Assembly: GCA_030146915.1 (NCBI GenBank)
Contig: JASLAT010000023.1
Span: forward strand, 39,183-103,182
DNA: 64,000 nt
Reading direction: 5' to 3'
Origin: Tissierellales bacterium
GTDB taxonomy: Bacteria; Bacillota; Clostridia; Tissierellales; Tissierellaceae
In this document: one piece after another, positions 57,146-64,000 of the stretch
How positions within the stretch are numbered: position 1 is the stretch's first letter
Layout of the letters: each line of letters starts with the position of its first letter
The notes under the pieces: generated by a model
Databases searched by the model: none
What the model was told of the DNA's origin: nothing
The model's input: the letters and a program-made list of their open reading frames with translations, nothing else
Position numbers and translations under genes: made by a program

Positions 57146-59224
57146 ATGATAACCAAAATTAAAAAAAGAGATGGAAGGGAAGTTCCTTTTAATATAGAAA
57201 AGATATCTAATGCTATCTTTAAAGCTGCACAAGCAGTAGGAGGACAAGATTATAAGACCTCTATGGATCTTGCAGAAAAGGTAGTAAATAGAATACAGAC
57301 TTTAGATTTTATAGATTTACCAACAGTTGAAGATATACAAGATTCTGTTGAAAAAGTTTTGATAGAAGAAGGGCATGCGAAAACGGCCAAAGAATATATA
57401 TTATATAGGGCTGAGAGAAATAGAGTTAGAGAGATGAATACAAGGTTGATGAAAATCTTTGAAGACTTAACTTTTAATGGTGAGTCAAGTAATCTAGCAG
57501 AAACGTCAAAATCAATAATGTTTAAATATGCTAGTGAATCTTCAAAAAAATTTTATGATCTATTTGTACTTAACCCAGAGCATTCTAAGGCAGATAAAGC
57601 TGGAGAGATACATATAGATAATTTAGAGTTTTTAACTTTAACAACTAACAATTGCCAGTTAGATCTTATAGATATGTTTAAAGAAAAATTTGAATTTAAT
57701 CATATTAGTTCATATTTTAATGTTATATTAACAAGCTTACAATTGAATCAAAATGATCAATATGGACATCAGTCAATTCCTAACTTTGATTATTTAATAG
57801 CTGTAGCAGTTAAGAATGTTTATAAACATCAATATAGAAAAAATCTAAAAGAGTATGTAGATCTGTTAATTAAAGATATAGACTTAGAAGAAAATCTTGA
57901 AAATATGTTTAGTACTTTAGAGATGGAATATAAATTAATCCCTTCTATAACAGATAAGAATCTATATATAATTAAAGAAAAAGAATATTTAAAAGAAATT
58001 ATTTTAGATGAGGACCTTGTAGATAAATTACAACAGTTATCTCTGTCATATGCTTATAAAGAGATTGATGAACAGTTGTATATAGCGATGAAAGATTTCA
58101 TATTTAGTTTAAATCTACTTAGTTCTAACATAGGTGGGAGTAATTTACTAACTACAATAAATTATGGAACAGATATATCAAGTGAGGGAAGATTAGTTAT
58201 AAAAAATATAATTAAAGCTAGCTATGATTATGTGTTATTGAACAAAAAATATATATACCCAGTTCATATCTTTAAACTGAAAGATGGAACTAATCTTAGG
58301 TTTAATGACCCTAACTATGACTTATTAAAAGAATCATATAAACTTTTAGGAGCATCTAAAAGTTTAAATTATTCATTTATGGATGCAGATTATAACATAA
58401 AGTACTATGACGAAAATTTTAATAGTAGTGAAGTAGCATATACAGCAGATGGTTATAGAATAATAGATAACGTTTATGATAAAGATAAATCAGTAGTATC
58501 GGGTAGGGGTAATTTAAGTTCAACAGTTATAAATTTACCTAGATTAGCGCTGGAAAGTGAAGGGAATATAGGTGATTTTTTTAAGTTGTTAGATAGTAGG
58601 GTAAACTTAGTAATTACTCAACTATTAGAAAGGTTTGAAATTCAAGCTTCAAAAAAAGTAAAAAATTATCCTTTTCTTATGGGGAAAGGAATATGGATGG
58701 ATTCACAATTTTTGGAGGATGAATCTAGTATAAGACAAGTTCTTAAACATGGAAATTTAAATTTAGGCTTTATAGGTTTAAGAGAAAGTTTAATAATACT
58801 AGAAGGTAAGGATCACTCAGAAAGCCTTGAGTCCCAAGAGTTAGGAATTAGAATTATTAAGTACTTAAGGGATAGGATGGATGATATAAGTGAACAATAT
58901 TCTATGAATTTTCAAATAATGTCTTATAATGATAATGCGGTTAGTAAGAAATTTTTAAAATTAGATTATGAAAAGTTTGGTCTAATAGAAGGAGTAACAA
59001 ATCAAGAACATTATAGTTTAGGATTTAATTTAGATAAAGATTCTAATATATCTCTATTAGAAAGAATAAAAATAGAAGCACCATATCATAAGCTAACAAA
59101 TGGTGGACATAGAACTAAATTATACTTAGATGAAAAAAGAGCTTATTCTTGGCAAGAATTATATTTAATACTATTAACTATGATGGAAAAAGGAATCGGA
59201 TTTTGTAATCTAAAACTTATTTAA
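57146..59224 (+). CDS. NrdD-like protein: ATP-cone plus class III RNR core, lacking catalytic Cys, Zn-ribbon and glycyl-radical domain
   Basis: ATP-cone (KRDGREVPFNIEKI...EYILYR). NrdD core blocks GEIHIDNL..NNCQLDL, IPNFDY, NDPNYD, GRGNLSSTVINLPRLALES and EAPYHKLTNGGH. There are only two Cys residues (C170, C687), and the protein ends before the region that carries CxxC...CxxC and RxxGY in true NrdD. Confidence 0.8.
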   Translation: MITKIKKRDGREVPFNIEKISNAIFKAAQAVGGQDYKTSMDLAEKVVNRIQTLDFIDLPTVEDIQDSVEKVLIEEGHAKTAKEYILYRAERNRVREMNTRLMKIFEDLTFNGESSNLAETSKSIMFKYASESSKKFYDLFVLNPEHSKADKAGEIHIDNLEFLTLTTNNCQLDLIDMFKEKFEFNHISSYFNVILTSLQLNQNDQYGHQSIPNFDYLIAVAVKNVYKHQYRKNLKEYVDLLIKDIDLEENLENMFSTLEMEYKLIPSITDKNLYIIKEKEYLKEIILDEDLVDKLQQLSLSYAYKEIDEQLYIAMKDFIFSLNLLSSNIGGSNLLTTINYGTDISSEGRLVIKNIIKASYDYVLLNKKYIYPVHIFKLKDGTNLRFNDPNYDLLKESYKLLGASKSLNYSFMDADYNIKYYDENFNSSEVAYTADGYRIIDNVYDKDKSVVSGRGNLSSTVINLPRLALESEGNIGDFFKLLDSRVNLVITQLLERFEIQASKKVKNYPFLMGKGIWMDSQFLEDESSIRQVLKHGNLNLGFIGLRESLIILEGKDHSESLESQELGIRIIKYLRDRMDDISEQYSMNFQIMSYNDNAVSKKFLKLDYEKFGLIEGVTNQEHYSLGFNLDKDSNISLLERIKIEAPYHKLTNGGHRTKLYLDEKRAYSWQELYLILLTMMEKGIGFCNLKLI

Positions 59225-59251
59225 AAAGACTTTTCTATAAAGTCTTTTTTT
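59224..59251 (+). terminator. Intrinsic terminator immediately after the nrdD-like ORF
   Basis: aaaagactt-ttctat-aagtctttt followed by a T-run. Confidence 0.9.
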
Positions 59252-59289
59252 GTTGTATAATATAAGTTGATGTTTTAAGGAGGGAGAAG

Positions 59290-60126
59290 GTGTATAAGTT
59301 AATAGCACTTGATTTAGATGGAACATTGTTAAATGATGATAAGGTCATACCAGAAAAGAATATAAAGCTTGTAAATGATCTGCTTAAGCAAGGATATGAA
59401 GTGGTTTTTGCTACAGGAAGAAGATATTTGGCAGCTAAAGAGTTTATAGATTGTTTTGATCAAGATCTTGTAATAATAGCAAATAATGGCAATATGGTAA
59501 GACATACTTCAAATGATGGTTTAATTTATGCTGAGTATTTAAATAAAGATAGATTGGAATTTGTATTAACGGAAGGTAAAAAGTTAGGCTTACATCCGAC
59601 TATACATGTAAATAAGTTTAATGAAGGTATAGATATGGTTTGTGAACTTGAAAAGGATCATCCTGTATATCATAATTATATAGAGTTAGAAGATAGATGT
59701 TTTAAAGTAGATAACTTTTTAGAGGAAGATTTAAAAATATTGTCTATAGTTTATCTAGGCGATTTTAAGAAATTAAAGTCTTTAAGAGATACTATAGTAG
59801 GAGAGTATCCTAATGATTATAAGACTTATTTAATGAGTAATATACTTTTAGCAGATGGTCTGTTAGAGGTAGTAAACCCTATAGGGAGTAAGTGGAATAG
59901 TGTATTAAACTATGCTCATAGCATGGGTATAAAATCATCAGAGATAATTGCTGTTGGAGATGATGAAAATGATCTAGAGATGATAAAAAATGCAGGTTTA
60001 GGTATTGCTATGAGAAATGCAGTTGATCCAGTAAAAAGAGTATCTGATATAATTACTCAATATAATAATAATGAAGCTGGATTAGCTTATACTTTAGAAA
60101 ATGTTTTACAATTGAAGGAGGACTAG
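59290..60126 (+). CDS. Cof-type HAD-IIB phosphatase (second copy in window)
   Basis: GTG start after AAGGAGGGAG. IALDLDGTLL, ATGR and GDDENDLEM motifs. Confidence 0.85.
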   Translation: MYKLIALDLDGTLLNDDKVIPEKNIKLVNDLLKQGYEVVFATGRRYLAAKEFIDCFDQDLVIIANNGNMVRHTSNDGLIYAEYLNKDRLEFVLTEGKKLGLHPTIHVNKFNEGIDMVCELEKDHPVYHNYIELEDRCFKVDNFLEEDLKILSIVYLGDFKKLKSLRDTIVGEYPNDYKTYLMSNILLADGLLEVVNPIGSKWNSVLNYAHSMGIKSSEIIAVGDDENDLEMIKNAGLGIAMRNAVDPVKRVSDIITQYNNNEAGLAYTLENVLQLKED

Positions 60127-60127
60127 T

Positions 60128-61078
60128 TTGAATAAAATAGAGGTGTATAATACTTATTCATCTTATTTAGAAAACAAGTATGGTGAAAAAGTTTATAAAT
60201 TACCTATTAAATTAGATTTGACATGCCCTAATAGGGATGGTTCAGTAGGCTGGGGAGGCTGTATTTTTTGTGGAGATGAGGGTGGAGCCTTTGAAAATTT
60301 ATCTGCTGAGCTTAATATAAGAGAGCAATTAGAGAAAAATAAGGATTATATAGGTAGTAGATATAAGGCTAAGAAGTTTATAGCATATTTTCAAAATTAT
60401 ACAAACACTTATATGAGTATAGAGAAATTTAAGAAAGTTATAAAAGAGGCTATAGTTAAGGATGTAGTGGGAATATCTATATCTACAAGACCAGATTGTT
60501 TAAGAGAGGACTATCTTGAGTTTTTAAGTGATATAAAAAATAAATACAATTTAGAAATAACCATAGAGATGGGATTACAGACTGTTAATTATAAAAGTTT
60601 AAAGAAAATAAATAGAGGACATACTTTAGCAGAATATATAGATGCATCTATTATGATAAAAAAATATAATCTTAGAAACTGTACACATTTGATTTTAAAT
60701 CTGCCATGGGATGATGAGATAGATGTGATAGAAAATGCTAAAATATTATCAGCTTTAAAGGTTGATGAAGTAAAATTACACTCTTTATATATAGTGAAAA
60801 ATACTCCTCTTGCTAAAATGTATTTAGATAATAAAATTAAGTTAATATCTAGTGATGATTATAAAGATAGGGTTATAACCTTTTTAAGATATCTATCAGA
60901 GGACATAGTAATTCAGAGATTATTAGGTAGAGCACCTGAAGATGAAGTTTTATTTGAAAATTGGGGTCAATCTTGGTGGAAAATTAGAGATGATATAGTT
61001 AATGAGATGGAAGAAAAAGGATATAAGCAAGGTGATAAGTTTAATTATTTAAATGGGTATGGACTTAGAAAATTTTAA
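60128..61078 (+). CDS. TIGR01212-family radical SAM protein (YhcC-like)
   Basis: CPNRDGSVGWGGCIFCG cluster motif, FIAYFQNYTNTY, STRPDC, LQT...INRGH and KLHSLYIVK are collinear with E. coli YhcC. TTG start. Confidence 0.85.
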   Translation: MNKIEVYNTYSSYLENKYGEKVYKLPIKLDLTCPNRDGSVGWGGCIFCGDEGGAFENLSAELNIREQLEKNKDYIGSRYKAKKFIAYFQNYTNTYMSIEKFKKVIKEAIVKDVVGISISTRPDCLREDYLEFLSDIKNKYNLEITIEMGLQTVNYKSLKKINRGHTLAEYIDASIMIKKYNLRNCTHLILNLPWDDEIDVIENAKILSALKVDEVKLHSLYIVKNTPLAKMYLDNKIKLISSDDYKDRVITFLRYLSEDIVIQRLLGRAPEDEVLFENWGQSWWKIRDDIVNEMEEKGYKQGDKFNYLNGYGLRKF

Positions 61079-61090
61079 AGAGGTGTTTAT

Positions 61091-61813
61091 GTGGCTAAAA
61101 AAGAAAGAATCGATAAAATAATTTCAAATATGGGATATGGGAGTAGAAAAGATGTAAAAAAATTTATAAGGGAAGGCTTAGTTAGTGTAGATGGAGAAAT
61201 AATTAATGATAATAAAATTAAAGTAGACCCTTATAATAGTGAGATATTGTTTAATGGTGAAGATGTAAATTATAGAGAATATATATATTTAGTCATGAAT
61301 AAACCACAAGGATATGTCTCATCTACAGATGATCCTTTATCTAGAACAATATTGGAGTTAATAGATTATGAGTACTTAATCTTTGAACCGTTTCCTGTGG
61401 GACGTTTAGACAAGGATACAGAAGGGCTTCTTTTAATAAGTAATGATGGAAAATTAGCTCATAACTTATTATCTCCTAAAAAAAGAGTAGATAAGACTTA
61501 TTATGCAGAGATATCTGGTAAGGTTGAAGAGGGGCACATAGAGGTATTTAAAAAAGGTGTAGAGTTAGATGATGGATATGAAACATTACCAGCAGAGTTA
61601 GAAATACTTGAATCAGCAGATAAGTCAAAAGTAAAACTTACTATACAAGAAGGAAAATTTCATCAAGTTAAAAGGATGTTTCAATCAATAGGTATGGAGG
61701 TTGTATATCTTAAAAGACTAAGTATGGGAACTTTGAAATTAGATGAGAATTTAGAATTAGGTGAGTATAGAGAACTTACGAAAGAAGAATTAGAGCTTCT
61801 TAAAAGTATATAA
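61091..61813 (+). CDS. RsuA/RluB-family pseudouridine synthase with S4 domain
   Basis: RIDKIISNMGYGSRKDVKKFI (S4), catalytic GRLDKDTEGLLL, and FHQVKRMF. Confidence 0.85.
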   Translation: MAKKERIDKIISNMGYGSRKDVKKFIREGLVSVDGEIINDNKIKVDPYNSEILFNGEDVNYREYIYLVMNKPQGYVSSTDDPLSRTILELIDYEYLIFEPFPVGRLDKDTEGLLLISNDGKLAHNLLSPKKRVDKTYYAEISGKVEEGHIEVFKKGVELDDGYETLPAELEILESADKSKVKLTIQEGKFHQVKRMFQSIGMEVVYLKRLSMGTLKLDENLELGEYRELTKEELELLKSI

Positions 61814-61830
61814 ATATAAAAACGAATAGG

Positions 61831-62391
61831 GTGTGCGGTTTGGGGTTTTATAGTAGGAATGGAGTTTTTGAAAACTTTTTTAAAAGAAGGAGTTTTCTAA
61901 TAAAACAATTAGAATCAGGAAAATTAAATAAAAAGCAATTTTTAGAAGAAAATTATAATTTAGTTAGAAGATTTAATATGAGACCATTTTTAAGGATAGA
62001 TAACTATGAAATGGGAATGTATAATTATCAGTATTATAATGTTTTAGCTAAGTATTTTAAAATGATGGCTAAGGAAAGTAAAGAGTATGGTAGGCCGATT
62101 AGATATTATCGTGAATACCTAAATAAAGGTAATAATTATTATGCAGAAAAAGATAAGGCTACTTTAGGAATTTTAGAATTTCTCAACTTTCAAGGTGTTG
62201 AAGCTTACTATATAGATGTTGAATCTAAAGGGCTTAGAGGTTCACTCTATGAAATAGTACTATTAGACTACGAGGAGGCTATATTTCACTCAAAGTGTAA
62301 AAATTTACTAGAGGTACTTAAAAGAAAAAAAGTATTTAAAAAAGAGATGAAAAAATCTGTAATAGATGACTATATAAATGAGACGTATTAG
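61831..62391 (+). CDS. Hypothetical protein (186 aa as drawn; start uncertain)
   Basis: Long ORF with local codon style and a terminator at its stop. There is no recognisable motif and only a weak SD at the GTG 61831. Confidence 0.5.
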   Translation: MCGLGFYSRNGVFENFFKRRSFLIKQLESGKLNKKQFLEENYNLVRRFNMRPFLRIDNYEMGMYNYQYYNVLAKYFKMMAKESKEYGRPIRYYREYLNKGNNYYAEKDKATLGILEFLNFQGVEAYYIDVESKGLRGSLYEIVLLDYEEAIFHSKCKNLLEVLKRKKVFKKEMKKSVIDDYINETY

Positions 62392-62414
62392 AGATAACCT
62401 AGGTTATCTCTTTT
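62389..62414 (+). terminator. Intrinsic terminator
   Basis: agagataacc-ta-ggttatctct followed by tttt. The stop codon lies in the 5' arm. Confidence 0.85.
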
Positions 62415-62555
62415 ATATTCTTTAAAAAATTCTAAAGGAATGTTTGGGTATTGAATTATATAATTTTATTTAAAATGATCTTTACTAAGCTAAAGCTCAA
62501 AAGGTTCACAAAGAGATTAAGTTATAATATAATTGTAGTGTAGGAAGGATATAAG

Positions 62556-63521
62556 GTGAAAGATTTGAGAGAAATATTGGTAGGAAAAAATGATAATGAA
62601 CAAAGAGCTGATAGGTTTTTATTAAAATATTTTTCTAAAGCTCCCAGAAGTTTTGTTTTCAAAATGCTTAGGAAGAAAAATATAAAGTGTAACAATAAAA
62701 GATTGCAACCAGAAGATATAATATATGAAGGTGATAAGATACAATTATATTTAAGTGATGAAACTATAGAAAAGTTTACAGAAGAAATAAGAATAAATAA
62801 ATCAAATCTTGATTTAAATATAATATATGAAGACGACAATATTGTGCTGATTAATAAACAAATCGGTGTGTTATCTCATTCAGATGGTAGTAATGATGAT
62901 AATATAGTGGATGCTGTTATTAACTATTTAGTAGACAATGGAGAATATCAGCCTACTGAAGAGATAAATTTTACACCTTCGATTGTAAATAGGTTGGATT
63001 ATAATACTTCTGGTATAATTATAGTTGGGAAAAATTATGAAAGTTTGAAAGATTTGAATGAGTCTATGAGACAATATAATATACATAGATATTATGAGAC
63101 TATAGTGAGAGGAGTGATAGAAAAAGAAATTAAATTAAGAAATTATATTATAAGAAATAACAATACTTCAAAAATTGTTGATAAATTTCAAAAGGGAGCA
63201 CAGGAAGTTATAACTCATATTAGACCTTTGAAAAACAATGGAAAGTATAGTTTGCTGGAAGTAGAATTAATAACTGGTAGAACCCATCAAATAAGGGCTC
63301 ACCTTAGTTCTATAGATCACCCTATTATAGGAGATAGGAAATATGGCGATAGTTCTGAAAATAACTACTTCAGGAAAAAATTTAATTTAGAAGATCAATA
63401 TTTGCATAGTAATAAAGTGTATTTTTCAAAAGTTGAAGGCTCTATAAAATATTTAGAAGGAAAGGAATTTTTAGCGGGTGAAGATAAAAAATTCAAGAAA
63501 ATAAAATTAAGCTTATTCTAG
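62556..63521 (+). CDS. RluA-family pseudouridine synthase (RluC/D-like, N-terminal S4 domain)
   Basis: GTG start. RADRFLLKYF (S4), catalytic NRLDYNTSGIII, and GRTHQIRAHL. Confidence 0.85.
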   Translation: MKDLREILVGKNDNEQRADRFLLKYFSKAPRSFVFKMLRKKNIKCNNKRLQPEDIIYEGDKIQLYLSDETIEKFTEEIRINKSNLDLNIIYEDDNIVLINKQIGVLSHSDGSNDDNIVDAVINYLVDNGEYQPTEEINFTPSIVNRLDYNTSGIIIVGKNYESLKDLNESMRQYNIHRYYETIVRGVIEKEIKLRNYIIRNNNTSKIVDKFQKGAQEVITHIRPLKNNGKYSLLEVELITGRTHQIRAHLSSIDHPIIGDRKYGDSSENNYFRKKFNLEDQYLHSNKVYFSKVEGSIKYLEGKEFLAGEDKKFKKIKLSLF

Positions 63522-63539
63522 ACTTTAAGGAGTGATAAT

Positions 63540-64000
63540 ATGTCTAAGATTGTTACAGTAAAAAACAAAGGTATAGGTAAGATTAGACTAACTGAAGATA
63601 TAAAGACTATAGAAGATCTTTCTAAGTTTATATTTAAAGAAGACTATAAAAAGTACTTAGGTGTTAGGGTAAACAATAGATTATATAACTTAAGGAGAAG
63701 TTTGAAAGTTAATGAAGATGATGTATTAGAGTTTATAGATATAAATAATGTTGATGGATTTAGAATTTATACTAGAACGGTAATTGCTGTTTTTATTAAG
63801 GCTTGTAAGGACTTATATAAGGATAGGGAAGTAAGAATTGAACAATTTTTAGGTAGTGGTCTTTATGCAGGATTCGAAAATGATTACTCTATAAGTTTTA
63901 AGGATATAAGTAAAATTAAAAATAGAATGATTGAAATAGTTAAAGAAGACTATCCGCTTATAAGAACTCAATATTCAACAGAAGAGGCAATAGAGATATT
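63540..64000 (+). CDS. Protein with TGS/ThrRS-N-like N-terminus (3' end outside window); possibly a nucleoside-kinase fusion
   Basis: The ATG at 63540 lies 7 nt after SD AAGGAG, and the frame is open to the window end. The N-terminal beta-grasp-like segment resembles ThrRS/uridine-kinase fusion proteins of Clostridia; this product call is weak. Confidence 0.5.
   Translation, partial: MSKIVTVKNKGIGKIRLTEDIKTIEDLSKFIFKEDYKKYLGVRVNNRLYNLRRSLKVNEDDVLEFIDINNVDGFRIYTRTVIAVFIKACKDLYKDREVRIEQFLGSGLYAGFENDYSISFKDISKIKNRMIEIVKEDYPLIRTQYSTEEAIEI

Noticed and set aside
60128-61078. TIGR01212 radical SAM gene two genes downstream of the nrdD-like ORF, considered as a surrogate glycyl-radical activase.
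   Set aside because: It is collinear with YhcC-type proteins rather than NrdG/PflA-type activases. It is separated from the nrdD-like gene by a terminator and a HAD phosphatase gene. The nrdD-like protein also has no glycyl-radical loop to activate.

Overview
Very AT-rich, gene-dense chromosomal segment of a low-GC Firmicute, with Clostridia/Tissierellia-like gene content. Nearly all genes are on the + strand and GTG/TTG starts are frequent. I see no transposase, integrase, CRISPR array, rRNA or tRNA. Content is mostly core housekeeping:
- typA (3' end), cls, a DegV protein, an SF1 helicase, and a Zn/Cd-type P1B ATPase with three HMA domains.
- map, two tandem MATE transporters, and a compact mgtC-ppi-tdk-mgtC-nudC cluster.
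- rodA/ftsW-like gene, queG, nth, trmL, a Na/Pi transporter and trxB.
- A BMP-family nucleoside ABC transporter of four genes.
- rpoN abutting the glycolytic gap-pgk-tpiA-gpmI-eno operon.
- Two tandem YjiH-family membrane genes on the - strand.
- secG-rnr-smpB followed by tmRNA (ssrA).
- A heterogeneous block downstream of tmRNA that ends in a barnase/barstar pair.
- apt, dinB, a cold-shock gene, two pseudouridine synthases and a TIGR01212 radical SAM gene.

Most noteworthy observations:
1. An intact NrdD-like ORF keeps the ATP-cone and core but lacks the thiyl-radical Cys, the Zn-ribbon and the glycyl-radical domain. It sits behind two NrdR-box-like palindromes.
2. A clear yybP-ykoY (Mn2+) riboswitch with an overlapping terminator lies in front of a CaCA-family Na+/Ca2+ exchanger homologue.
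3. The barnase homologue carries a lipoprotein signal. It is translationally coupled to barstar and overlaps a membrane glycerophosphodiesterase gene.
4. The conserved N-terminus of queG can only be translated from a non-canonical ATT start.
5. A 56-nt perfectly identical tract sits inside otherwise diverged tandem YjiH paralogues.

I found no convincing multi-gene defence or mobile system. All homology calls come from reading the translations and from motifs recalled from memory; no database search was run.
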